Shown: positions 18,378-27,017 of the stretch, piece by piece
Layout: every line of letters starts with the position of its first letter
How positions within the stretch are numbered: position 1 is the first letter of the stretch
Virus record (IMG/VR): IMGVR_UViG_3300027672_000050
Location: 1-30,768 of that record
Source of the DNA: a virus
Taxonomy: Duplodnaviria > Caudoviricetes
Strand: one strand, 5' to 3'
DNA length: 30,768 nucleotides
The notes under the pieces: model-generated
Told to the model about the DNA's origin: nothing
The model's input: only the letters and a program-made list of their open reading frames with translations
Database searches by the model: none
Translations under genes and position numbers: made by a program

Positions 18378-20783
18378 TTATCTAGGGCCAAAACCTTCTA
18401 AACCAAAACCACCTAAAACGTCATTACCTGAAGATTCAAAATTCTGAGGTAATCCTTCTGTTTGTCTTTGATTTATTAATTCTGATTGCTGTGTTCCCTG
18501 TAGTTTTATTCTTTGATCTTTCCTATCTTCTATCTCTTGCTCTCTTTGATTTTGTGTATTCATTTGAGCTTGAGCTAATTGTATGTTATAATTAAACTCT
18601 TCAGCCATAAGCTCTCTTTTTAGTTGAACTTCAGTTTGCATTCTCTGTATTTCAAACTGAGACTTAGCTTGTTCTAAATTAACTTTTTCAGAAGTAAGAG
18701 CTTGTTGTTTTTGAACCTCAAACATAGCAGCTTTTTCAGCAGCCTCAGAATTTGCTTGAGCTTGTGCTTGTATATTTTGCTGTTGTTGTTGTTGCTCTCT
18801 TTTTATTTTTTGAGTTTGTCTAAGTTTTAAAAACTGATTAGCTACTTTAATATTTCTTATTTGTCTAATGTCAATAGCATCTGACAAAGCTATAGCACCT
18901 GTTTGTAAAGCCATTTGAATATTCTGCTCTAGTAAAGCTTTTTCTTCTTCTTCAGGTTCTAATTGTAAAAAGATACCAAAGTCATGAAGCTGTAAATCCA
19001 TAAACTCTTCTAATGTTTTAGTATTAAACGTACTTATAGAATTTATTAACGAGTTTTCAGTTAAAGGGTTTTTTATTAAATCAGCAACTTTAAGACTTAT
19101 GTTTTCACACACTCTTAAAGTAACAAACAATAAAGAATCTAATAGATGTTTTGTAGCTGTATTAGAAGCGTTTGCTGCTAATTTCTGAACTCCAACTAAA
19201 GCATCTTTATCTGGTTGGCTACCATCTCTAGCTTCGTTTAATCCAGTTACGTCTCTTATCATTTGTAGGTAATATTGATATGTACCTATTAAACTTTGTA
19301 TTTTAGCTTGACCAGAAGATGTTGATAATTCTTGTATAGGCACTTTTCCAGCATTTAAACCACCTTCTTGATTAAGTGATCTACCTACTATAGAACCAGT
19401 TTGAAAATACATATTAAGAGCTTCTGCTGGATTATAATTCGTACCGTTACCTAAATCAACTTCAGCTAAACCATCCATGTCTAAGAATACACCATCAGGA
19501 ACTATTCTAGACATAACTTGTTGCAGTTTTAAATGAGTTAGTTGAATCATGTCAGCAAAACCAGTTATCTTACTAACAACAGACTCTATACGTCCTTTAT
19601 ACATCTTAGGTGCACTAATACAGTAGTTCATTTCTACTTTAGTAGTATCAGCGTTTGGCCTAGTCATGTTTTCAGCCATTTTCCACTCTAGCATTAGATT
19701 AGTACCTAACACCTTGGCGCCAGTGTATAATACTTCTATACTTCTAGAAACTCTTTCAAAATTATCATTTTCTGGAGGGTTAAAAGAATCTGTTTTTTCT
19801 AAAGCTTTTTCTAAGCCTTGTTCTGTTCTTTTAATTTTAAAAACTTGGTTCATATAAGTTTTATACTCAAAGTACATTACTTGAACCGTGTTTTCATCGT
19901 AATTACCCCAACCTGTAACGTATTGAGAATTACCTGGAGTTTTTTGTATTCTTTCTAACTCTTCGTTTGAAAGGTTTGGAAACTGCTTTTTTAATTCAGG
20001 TATTGTTACAGCTTTTACTTCTCCTACATAATATATGTCTTCAAAGTTTGGATCTTCTGTATAAGAGTAAACCATATAAGCTGGATCAACGTAGTCTATA
20101 ACTATACCTTGTGATTTATCAAAACTAGTTTTAGTAGCTCCTATACCTATAACAGTTAAGTCTTGAGCTATTCTTTTCTTTGTTTCATCAAATTTATTAC
20201 CTGCTAAAACGTTATTTATAACTTCTTCCTCAGCTACTTCTACGTTTTGCTTATAAGTCATTTGCATGTGTAGATCAAGCTCTTCATCGCTTTCAGGTAG
20301 ATCTTCCATATTTTGAGTTCTAGAAAAATCCATACCTAAGTTTTCTTGTAAATTAACAAGAGCTTTTTTGGTATTCATATCCTGCTCTATAGCTTGTGCA
20401 TAATCTGTTCTGTTTTTTACAGAAAAAGGATCTTGAGCATAAGCTGTTATATCATATGATTTATTAGACAATCCGTTAGCAACTATGTCTACAAACTTAG
20501 ATATAATAGGAACAGGTGTCCAGTCTAAGTTTAAGTATGATAAATCACCATTGATAGATAATTCATTTTTATATTTTTGAACACTTTGCTCTCCTCTAGC
20601 ATATAATCTTAATTGATGAAAATTACTATAATACTTAGCATATCTGTTTCCGGATCTTCCTCCTTGAAACCACTCTTGCTCTATGGCTCTACCCACTTGT
20701 ATACCGTAATCTAGACTTGCTTTTTCTTCATCGCTAACTACTTGACTAGGGAATGAACTATAAGTATTAGTTTGTATCTTCAT
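18378..20783 (-). CDS. Portal protein (801 aa)
   Basis: Directly after terL. Motifs LRLYARGEQS, SYLNLDWTPVPIISKFVD and MIRDVTGLNEARDGS, with a long Gln-rich C-terminal coiled coil like a P22-type barrel. Confidence 0.85.
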   Translation of the reverse strand: MKIQTNTYSSFPSQVVSDEEKASLDYGIQVGRAIEQEWFQGGRSGNRYAKYYSNFHQLRLYARGEQSVQKYKNELSINGDLSYLNLDWTPVPIISKFVDIVANGLSNKSYDITAYAQDPFSVKNRTDYAQAIEQDMNTKKALVNLQENLGMDFSRTQNMEDLPESDEELDLHMQMTYKQNVEVAEEEVINNVLAGNKFDETKKRIAQDLTVIGIGATKTSFDKSQGIVIDYVDPAYMVYSYTEDPNFEDIYYVGEVKAVTIPELKKQFPNLSNEELERIQKTPGNSQYVTGWGNYDENTVQVMYFEYKTYMNQVFKIKRTEQGLEKALEKTDSFNPPENDNFERVSRSIEVLYTGAKVLGTNLMLEWKMAENMTRPNADTTKVEMNYCISAPKMYKGRIESVVSKITGFADMIQLTHLKLQQVMSRIVPDGVFLDMDGLAEVDLGNGTNYNPAEALNMYFQTGSIVGRSLNQEGGLNAGKVPIQELSTSSGQAKIQSLIGTYQYYLQMIRDVTGLNEARDGSQPDKDALVGVQKLAANASNTATKHLLDSLLFVTLRVCENISLKVADLIKNPLTENSLINSISTFNTKTLEEFMDLQLHDFGIFLQLEPEEEEKALLEQNIQMALQTGAIALSDAIDIRQIRNIKVANQFLKLRQTQKIKREQQQQQQNIQAQAQANSEAAEKAAMFEVQKQQALTSEKVNLEQAKSQFEIQRMQTEVQLKRELMAEEFNYNIQLAQAQMNTQNQREQEIEDRKDQRIKLQGTQQSELINQRQTEGLPQNFESSGNDVLGGFGLEGFGPR

Positions 20784-22994
20784 TTATTTAATCATTTTTG
20801 ATGACGCGCCTGTGTTGTCATATTTTTTTATACCTAAGTTTATACTTTTATATTCTTTTTTAGCTGTTGGTGTGTATCTATTCTTGTTACATGCCATTAA
20901 AGCTAAACCAGAACTTATGGAAGCATCATGTTTTGTTCTGTTATTTATATTAAATTTAGCCCAATCTTCTAAGGTTCTTTGAAAGTACATGTCTCCATAA
21001 CCTCCTTCAGTTTTACCAATGTTTGTATCTACGTATGTTTCTATAGCGGAAGCGTGAGCTTGTTTTATGTCTTCACTAGAGTTAGGTATTCCACCTATTT
21101 CTTTTTCAGTTACTGATAATTTGTTCCAAACCTTATCTGGTCTATTCATAGAATAACCTCTATAACCTCTTCTTCTGAAATAATATAATAATCTAGGCTT
21201 GTTGTTTTCACAAAGTAAAGGCATACCGTAAAATATACATGCCATTAATACATCTTCAAAAAACATCTCAGCTGTTTGTGGTCTAGCAATATATTCTAAA
21301 AAGAAATGATTGGGAGGTACGTCCTCCATACTAAATTTTGTTAAACCGTGTAAAGCTCCATTAGAACCTCTACCATCAACTGTACCTGATATATCATAAC
21401 TATCACAACCAAACGCTCCACAGTGATCATTACCTGGATACTTGGTATTACCTTTAATTATTACACGATTCTGAAGATTTATAGGTGGAACCCAAGTTAT
21501 ATTAAATCTACCGTCTTTATTAGGCATAAATAAAACCTTAGAATCTTTAACACCATTCTCCCATTGAAAACTACCTTTAGTTACTACAGAGGTGTTTCTT
21601 AAGTCTTCATTGTAATCTATTTGCTCGTATATTTTTGTAAGATTAAAAAGCGATTGCTTTGTTTCATCTCTAAAAGCGTGCTGCTCTGTTCTTGGGAATT
21701 GACGATAGTATTCGTTTAAACCATCTTGATCGTTTTTTAAACCATCTACTTCGTTTTGCCAATACTCTATTACTCCTTGATCTATTGGATCACCCTGTGG
21801 TCCTTTTACTTCTTTACCCGGAGTGTTGAATACAGGAAATCCATAAGAATCAATGTATCCTTCGTAGTTCCATTCCATAGGTATGAACAAACTATAGAGT
21901 CCTGAACGAGTCTGTCCATTGGCATTTCTTTCGTTAATATTTGAATCATAGTATAATTTTTTAAAATTTTCACCACCCTTATCTAGAGCGTTTGATGTTG
22001 AGCCCATCATACATTTACCTATAATCCTAGAACCTAGTCTTAAACAAGTTTTAGTTACCCTCCAGTTGTTTAATATATTTGTAGGTCTTTCCCACTTTCC
22101 ACTCTCATCATGTACTAGTAGTTTTAATTTTTCCCCGTCATACGAGTTGTCTCCTGTGTTTTTCCAGTCGATCGTCGTGTCGAGCCCCGATATTTCTTGT
22201 AGCTTTTCGTTGGTATCAAGTTTCTTTCGTGTAAACTTCGACGCTGGTACTCTATAAGCGAGTTCTGTTTTTGGCCTGTCCATACCGTCTTGTATCGGTT
22301 TGAAAAAGAAAGGGTAGTTGATCGATATTGGTACAACTTTGTCCGTAAACATTTTTTTCGCATCAGGCCCAGATTTTGATAATATACCAAATCTAGAGTC
22401 TGTTGATATTGTTGCCTGGTTAACTGTTTCTCCAGATGCCATAAACGAGAATCCAGAACGTCTGTTTTTAAGGTAACACATACCGTATGATCTGACGTCT
22501 GCTTTACAAGCTTCCCAGAATAAGTAGAATAATCTGTTTGACTCCCTAAAATCTGGCTGCCCAACATCAATCTTGGACCACTGCAAGTACATGTAGTTAG
22601 TACCAGTAATATAAGTAGAAATGTCTTTATTATTAAACCACATTCCTTCATCTCTTCTTTTAAACTCTGTATCGATATAGTCATACCATTCTTCTTTAAA
22701 GTTCGTAGGGTAATCATCCCAATCAAAAACAGATTTTATTTTTTTTAGCTCTTTAGGGTATTGAGTATGCTGCCACTTGTTTGATTCAAAAGAAACAACA
22801 TTCTCTTGTTTCGGTAGAGCTATATTTAAACCTTGTATATTGTAAATTTCACCTATTTGACCAGTCTTACTTATAACAACAACGTCGTGCTCTTTGTTAT
22901 AACCATACTCCCATTTCTTGTATTTGTTTAATCTATTTACAATTTTGGGTTTTATGTGGTCTTTTAAAACGCTATATAGAGTTTGCTCGTACAT
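20784..22994 (-). CDS. terL: Terminase large subunit (736 aa)
   Basis: Walker A-like YLKNRRSGFS, Walker B LLVHDESGKW, coupling motif MGSTSN, RNase H-like nuclease motifs FGCDSYD and KHDASISSGLAL. Confidence 0.92.
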   Translation of the reverse strand: MYEQTLYSVLKDHIKPKIVNRLNKYKKWEYGYNKEHDVVVISKTGQIGEIYNIQGLNIALPKQENVVSFESNKWQHTQYPKELKKIKSVFDWDDYPTNFKEEWYDYIDTEFKRRDEGMWFNNKDISTYITGTNYMYLQWSKIDVGQPDFRESNRLFYLFWEACKADVRSYGMCYLKNRRSGFSFMASGETVNQATISTDSRFGILSKSGPDAKKMFTDKVVPISINYPFFFKPIQDGMDRPKTELAYRVPASKFTRKKLDTNEKLQEISGLDTTIDWKNTGDNSYDGEKLKLLVHDESGKWERPTNILNNWRVTKTCLRLGSRIIGKCMMGSTSNALDKGGENFKKLYYDSNINERNANGQTRSGLYSLFIPMEWNYEGYIDSYGFPVFNTPGKEVKGPQGDPIDQGVIEYWQNEVDGLKNDQDGLNEYYRQFPRTEQHAFRDETKQSLFNLTKIYEQIDYNEDLRNTSVVTKGSFQWENGVKDSKVLFMPNKDGRFNITWVPPINLQNRVIIKGNTKYPGNDHCGAFGCDSYDISGTVDGRGSNGALHGLTKFSMEDVPPNHFFLEYIARPQTAEMFFEDVLMACIFYGMPLLCENNKPRLLYYFRRRGYRGYSMNRPDKVWNKLSVTEKEIGGIPNSSEDIKQAHASAIETYVDTNIGKTEGGYGDMYFQRTLEDWAKFNINNRTKHDASISSGLALMACNKNRYTPTAKKEYKSINLGIKKYDNTGASSKMIK
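22124..22651 (-). CDS. Candidate overprinted membrane-anchored or lipoprotein-like protein in the +1 frame of terL (175 aa from ATG 22651; frame open from 22726)
   Basis: About 200 stop-free codons, while other minus-strand alternative-frame ORFs in the track are 70 aa or shorter. terL synonymous codons avoid +1 stops across this span. N-terminus MKECGLIIKTFLLILLVLTTCTCSG. Confidence 0.45.
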   Translation of the reverse strand: MKECGLIIKTFLLILLVLTTCTCSGPRLMLGSQILGSQTDYSTYSGKLVKQTSDHTVCVTLKTDVLDSRLWHLEKQLTRQQYQQTLDLVYYQNLGLMRKKCLRTKLYQYRSTTLSFSNRYKTVWTGQKQNSLIEYQRRSLHERNLIPTKSYKKYRGSTRRSTGKTQETTRMTGKN

Positions 22995-23269
22995 TACTTA
23001 GATCTTCCTTCAGCAAAACCTCTAAAAGACTTTTCTTGTTTAACCTCTTCTTTTTTAGGATCAAGCATTTTCTCCTCTTCTTCGATACGATTAAGAATTT
23101 CAAAAGCATCAAATATAGCCAGTTTCTTAGTAGCTGCAGCATTTTTAAGTTTATCAGCAGATAAATCATCATCAGAATCAACAATAGCTTCCTTAGCTAC
23201 TTTAATTAACTCTTCAACTGCTTTCTGCCCAGCTAGGATTATATTCTTCTTGGTTTCCTTTGTGTTCAT
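22994..23269 (-). CDS. Small helical protein, putative terminase small subunit (91 aa)
   Basis: Coupled to terL by a TAATG stop/start overlap at 22994. Assignment by position only. Confidence 0.5.
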   Translation of the reverse strand: MNTKETKKNIILAGQKAVEELIKVAKEAIVDSDDDLSADKLKNAAATKKLAIFDAFEILNRIEEEEKMLDPKKEEVKQEKSFRGFAEGRSK

Positions 23270-23819
23270 ATTTAATTACAATATCATTAGATTTCATACA
23301 ATAAACTCTTTGCTTGTCTATAATAAAATCCCATTCACTGTTAGGTGTAAAACCTAATACATCTCCTGGGATTATTTTAAGAGCTTCTAAGGACTTATTT
23401 CCGTATTTTAGTATACCAATAAGTTTTTGTTCTTTTTCTAGCTCTAAAGAGTTATTATTCTTTAAAGGCATTACAAAGCATCTGTCTCCAAATGATTTCC
23501 AATTACCTGTATTTTTATACAAATATATTTGATCTATAGCGCAAAAGTATAATCCATCTTCAAAATAAGATCTACTATTTTTTTTAACACCCTTCATATC
23601 ATAGAATACTCTAAAAACATTATGGTGGACTACTACTATATCTCCTTTTTTTATATCTGTTTTAAAAGCTTTAGGAGTTTCAACAACTACAGCCATATTA
23701 TTGACTGATTTAAAGCTTTCTATTTTCGTATTCAAGACTAAGGTCTTATCACCAAGTTTTATTTCATTTTCATATCTATCACCTAATGGCTTAATTATGA
23801 AATCGTATAAACTTTTCAT
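23214..23819 (-). CDS. Tandem GroES-fold (co-chaperonin-like) protein (201 aa)
   Basis: Two GroES-like units: FIIKPLGDRY...AVVVETP...IKKGDIVVVH and FGDRCFVMPL...GILKYG...IIPGDVLGF...RVYCMKSNDIV. Overlaps the next gene by 56 nt. Confidence 0.6.
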   Translation of the reverse strand: MKSLYDFIIKPLGDRYENEIKLGDKTLVLNTKIESFKSVNNMAVVVETPKAFKTDIKKGDIVVVHHNVFRVFYDMKGVKKNSRSYFEDGLYFCAIDQIYLYKNTGNWKSFGDRCFVMPLKNNNSLELEKEQKLIGILKYGNKSLEALKIIPGDVLGFTPNSEWDFIIDKQRVYCMKSNDIVIKYEHKGNQEEYNPSWAESS

Positions 23820-24047
23820 TTAATACTCTAGATCGTATTCAACGGATATAGCCATGTTAGAATTAAACTTCTTCCATGGCATTATCTCATCTCCTTTTTT
23901 TATGAATATACTATAAGAGTTTGATTCTTGATTGTGTAAAATTGCTGATATTGTGTGTCCTCCATAAACTTGTTGACTTACAGCATAATGCATTGCATCG
24001 TTTTTGTAATCAGAACCAATACTTATTTTTCTTATAACATTAGACAT
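23820..24047 (-). CDS. Hypothetical protein (75 aa, MSNVIRKISIGSDYKNDAMHY...)
   Basis: The track gives 23820..24071. The ATG at 24047 overlaps the upstream stop by 8 nt and is the likelier start; the stop abuts the next ATG. Confidence 0.65.
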   Translation of the reverse strand: MSNVIRKISIGSDYKNDAMHYAVSQQVYGGHTISAILHNQESNSYSIFIKKGDEIMPWKKFNSNMAISVEYDLEY

Positions 24048-24297
24048 CTTCAGGTTTATTTTCTTTTTCAATGAAAGTATACGAACCGTCTTCTAGATTA
24101 ATGCTAATAGCACCGTATTTTTCTTCTAGATCATTTTTGCTTTTTTCTATATCTGAATTAAACTCAGACAATTGATGTAACGTTGAATGCTTTTGAGCTT
24201 CTAAGTAACCAATATTTGATAATAAATCGTTAACAGTTTTTTGTTTTTCTTTAATGTTTGTTAACTCTTCTGTTGTAATCTTTTGTTCTTTTGACAT
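24040..24297 (-). CDS. Small coiled-coil protein (85 aa)
   Basis: ATG at 24297 after AATTAAATTAAATACA. Heptad-like helices ending in LEEKYGAISINLEDG. Confidence 0.6.
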   Translation of the reverse strand: MSKEQKITTEELTNIKEKQKTVNDLLSNIGYLEAQKHSTLHQLSEFNSDIEKSKNDLEEKYGAISINLEDGSYTFIEKENKPEDV

Positions 24298-24365
24298 TGT
24301 ATTTAATTTAATTGTTTTCATACTATGATAGTTACATAGTGTACCGTTTAATTACTTATTTAGTC

Positions 24366-24566
24366 TTACTGTAAAGGATTAATCCCATTTTCTAATAACA
24401 CTTTTAACCACTCGCTTTCTGTTGTGTAATAATCCACTTCATTCCAAAAAGTATCTAAACAACCAGTTGGTAATACTGAACTATAAGCCATTATATTTAC
24501 TCTTTCATTATCCCAACATATAAACCAAGTTTCTCTTGAAGGGTTACATAATTCTGAACTTTTCAT
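24366..24566 (-). CDS. Hypothetical protein (66 aa), possible partner of the LRR protein
   Basis: Starts 4 nt after the LRR gene stop, on the coding strand. Confidence 0.55.
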   Translation of the reverse strand: MKSSELCNPSRETWFICWDNERVNIMAYSSVLPTGCLDTFWNEVDYYTTESEWLKVLLENGINPLQ

Positions 24567-24570
24567 ATTT

Positions 24571-25419
24571 TTAAGTTGTATAAGTTATAGTCCATCCTTT
24601 AGCTACTAAACTATCGATAGCTGCTAAACCAGTTGCACTTGGAGTAGAACCACCACTTTGGTCAAATGTTCCGTTACTTTGACCAGCAGTATCAATACTA
24701 ACCAATATATTATCTATTGATGTTTGTGATAAATTAGTATTTCTAAACGCTCTTGCGTAAATAGTTGCAGGGGAATTGTCAAACATATTTGCAGGGAAAT
24801 TCACTAAATTAGAATTAAGTTGCCAAGTTTTATAGAATGTAGCAGAAGAAGATAAATCTAGGCTAGGAAACGTTGTAAAATTACAACTACTAAAAGCTGC
24901 TTCAAACGAAGTAACAGAACTTGTATCTATCAACGGTAAAGTAGAAACACTTGTATTTTGAAAAGTTAATCTAAAATTTGTAACAGTTTCAAAATGTCCA
25001 ATATCCGTAGCACTTATTGTTAAATTATTACAACCTCTGAATACAAATTGTTGAGAACCACCACCTCCATAATTTCCAAAATTAGAAATATCTAATATCT
25101 TTAATCTGTCTCCACCATTGTTAAAGTAAAACAATCTAAAGTCACCTACTTCAGCACTAATAGTAACTGTATGTGTTCCATCCCCACTAGGAAATGTTAT
25201 TGTGTGGTCTCCAGTTAATCCAGTAGCAGTATAACCATCACTAGTAGAAACATCATATAAATATGTTGACGCAGAATTTGTTGGTATTGTGAATTGATTA
25301 TCATTACTTGTACCTACATTATCAGATTGAACAGTGAATACTATATCATTATTAACACTTGAATAAATTTCAAGTACTCCGCTAGGTATACCAATACCCA
25401 TACTGATACCCATAGCCAT
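24571..25419 (-). CDS. BspA/DUF285-like leucine-rich-repeat protein, putative virion adhesin (282 aa)
   Basis: Repeats FETVTNFRLTFQNT, LPLIDTSSVTSFEAAFSSC and FPSLDLSSSATFYKTW; cap TNLSQTSIDNILVSI...LVAKGWTI; N-terminal beta domain (GDHTITFPSGDGTHTVTI). Confidence 0.65.
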   Translation of the reverse strand: MAMGISMGIGIPSGVLEIYSSVNNDIVFTVQSDNVGTSNDNQFTIPTNSASTYLYDVSTSDGYTATGLTGDHTITFPSGDGTHTVTISAEVGDFRLFYFNNGGDRLKILDISNFGNYGGGGSQQFVFRGCNNLTISATDIGHFETVTNFRLTFQNTSVSTLPLIDTSSVTSFEAAFSSCNFTTFPSLDLSSSATFYKTWQLNSNLVNFPANMFDNSPATIYARAFRNTNLSQTSIDNILVSIDTAGQSNGTFDQSGGSTPSATGLAAIDSLVAKGWTITYTT

Positions 25420-25420
25420 A

Positions 25421-25954
25421 TTACTTAGCTGATATTAATTGTTGAACAGTAGTTTCAGTTGCTAAAACATAGTCTACAGTTACTGGTAAAAAACCACCAG
25501 TTCCTAAACCTTTAAAAGTTACAGCATCTGCTGCAGTTGGAAAAGCGTTTACTACGTTTATAGTGAATCCACCAGCTGTACCTCCTGATACAGTTACTAT
25601 ATCGCCTTGTCTGTAACCAGTACCAGCAGCTACAATTGCGGCAGCTGTTATTGCACCACCTACGACTGTTGTAGTTAAAGTAAGACCAGTTCCTAAACCG
25701 CTAGCCGAAGTAGTTGCTTGACCTACGCCAGCTGTATAACCGCTACCTCCAGATCCTAACGTAATAGTAGATACTACACCTTGAACACCTACTGCTCCAG
25801 CAGGTATAACTTTTAAATCTTTACCAGCAGTTGTATTGTCTCCAATATATATAACAGCTGAGTCTAAGAAAGTTGTAGTATTTATAGTATCACTAGGTGT
25901 ACAGACTTTTACTTCGTTTGTAGCAAAATCAGGTTGATTTCCAAATTGTCCCAT
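25421..25954 (-). CDS. Putative structural protein with a Gly-rich GxGY beta-repeat insert (177 aa)
   Basis: TITLGSGGSGYTAG...AIVAAGTGYRQGDIVTVSGG lies between AVIYIGD...DLKV and VTFKGLGTGGFLPVTVDYVLAT. Confidence 0.55.
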   Translation of the reverse strand: MGQFGNQPDFATNEVKVCTPSDTINTTTFLDSAVIYIGDNTTAGKDLKVIPAGAVGVQGVVSTITLGSGGSGYTAGVGQATTSASGLGTGLTLTTTVVGGAITAAAIVAAGTGYRQGDIVTVSGGTAGGFTINVVNAFPTAADAVTFKGLGTGGFLPVTVDYVLATETTVQQLISAK

Positions 25955-25972
25955 TTTTATTTATTTATTTGT

Positions 25973-26359
25973 TTATTGTTTTTTTGATTTCTCCCAAGTT
26001 CTACCTACAAAGTAAGCACCATACACTGTAATAAGTAATGACTGAAATATTGGTATGTATTCTTTTGTTATCTTAAATTCCCCTACGTTTCCGTCCGTGA
26101 AAACTAACAAGCTAAATATAAATGTTAAAAACACTAAAACTAAAGGTCTAATATTTTTAGCTAACCAGCTATCGGAAGCCATATCTGCTTTCCATCTATC
26201 TGTAACTTGTTGTTGAGCTTCGCTATCTGCTTTTTCTAATATCTCTTGTATTAGTCTTTGCGCTTCTAGTTTTTCTTCTTTAGTTGTAGTAAGCTTATCG
26301 ATAACGTTACCTACTTCTTTGATAACGCCACCTGTTAACCATTGGAATATTTTTTTCAT
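25973..26359 (-). CDS. Holin, GTA-type 3TM family (128 aa)
   Basis: Amphipathic N-terminus, RWKADMASDSWLAKNIRP motif, hydrophobic helices LVLVFLTFIFSLLVF and IFQSLLITVYGAYFVGR, basic C-terminal tail. Confidence 0.75.
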   Translation of the reverse strand: MKKIFQWLTGGVIKEVGNVIDKLTTTKEEKLEAQRLIQEILEKADSEAQQQVTDRWKADMASDSWLAKNIRPLVLVFLTFIFSLLVFTDGNVGEFKITKEYIPIFQSLLITVYGAYFVGRTWEKSKKQ

Positions 26360-26634
26360 TAAATCACTGGTTTACCTGGAGTGTACATGAATGAACCTCC
26401 TCCTTTTCTAACAGTGTATGAACCTAAATTGTTTGCTCTTTTTTCAACTGTAGATTTTGGAAACTTAGCTTTAACTATTTCAAATTGCTCGTCAAAACCT
26501 TTAACTTGAGCTTCTGATTTTGTTATTTTTTTCTTAGGTTTTTTTGGATCTGGATCAACTTGCAATAAAGCTGAATCTAATCCTCTACCGGTTTTAGCCA
26601 TCGGAGATCTTCCTGCTGTTTGTTTGTAAGCCAT
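26359..26634 (-). CDS. Small basic protein (91 aa, MAYKQTAGRSPM...)
   Basis: A-rich leader; TAATG overlap with the holin start. Confidence 0.6.
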   Translation of the reverse strand: MAYKQTAGRSPMAKTGRGLDSALLQVDPDPKKPKKKITKSEAQVKGFDEQFEIVKAKFPKSTVEKRANNLGSYTVRKGGGSFMYTPGKPVI

Positions 26635-26651
26635 TGTTTTATTTATTTTGT

Positions 26652-26960
26652 TTATGATTTTTTGTAAGCCTCAGCTTCCCAAGGTAAGTTTTTAGCGCCT
26701 TCATTCATTTGTGCTCTTGAGTATTTTTTTCCTTTCCAATATACATATTTATCGTCGTAATCTAAATCACCACGTTTCATTTGGTTTATATGTATTTTTT
26801 CGTGCTTTATAACACTTTCTTTTTTTGATGGATCTAAGTCTTTATTAAGTAAGATAGAACCGTTGTTGTTAGCTTTACCTAAAACACCGTCTTCCATATC
26901 TACACTGTAAATAGGAGTGCTATCGTAATTATAAGGTGGTGTGTTTAGTTTGAATGCCAT
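26652..26960 (-). CDS. Minimal zincin-like metallopeptidase (102 aa)
   Basis: VLGKA...GSILLN strands, VIKHEKIHINQ (HExxH) and a downstream LPWEAEAY third-ligand motif. Confidence 0.7.
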   Translation of the reverse strand: MAFKLNTPPYNYDSTPIYSVDMEDGVLGKANNNGSILLNKDLDPSKKESVIKHEKIHINQMKRGDLDYDDKYVYWKGKKYSRAQMNEGAKNLPWEAEAYKKS

Positions 26961-26970
26961 AAATAGTTTT

Positions 26971-27006
26971 AAAAAAAATCCTACGGGTTTTTACGCCCGT
27001 AAGATT
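26971..27006 (-). terminator. Rho-independent terminator
   Basis: Minus strand AATCTTACGGG-CGTAAAAA-CCCGTAGGATT (11 bp with one G-U pair) running into a T8 tract, 11 nt after the stop at 27018. Confidence 0.8.
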
Positions 27007-27017
27007 AATTAGTTTAA

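Noticed and set aside
18775-18800. (CAA)n run in the portal gene
   Set aside because: It encodes a short poly-Gln stretch of the coiled-coil barrel, which is ordinary for portal proteins.
20784-22994. Intron or intein in terL to explain the GC-rich patch
   Set aside because: The reading frame is continuous, the ATPase motifs are normally spaced through the patch, and no intein or homing-endonuclease motifs were seen.
11454-23184. Short minus-strand alternative-frame ORFs 11454-11654, 15397-15579 and 22972-23184
   Set aside because: Only 60-70 aa, Leu/Lys-rich as expected for +1 shadows, with no local codon or G+C anomaly noticed.
3666-24360. A recurring (A/T)GTAA motif in several intergenic gaps (near 3675, 7625, 14670, 24335, 24355) as a late promoter
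   Set aside because: Too short and AT-rich to tell from chance without a statistical motif search.
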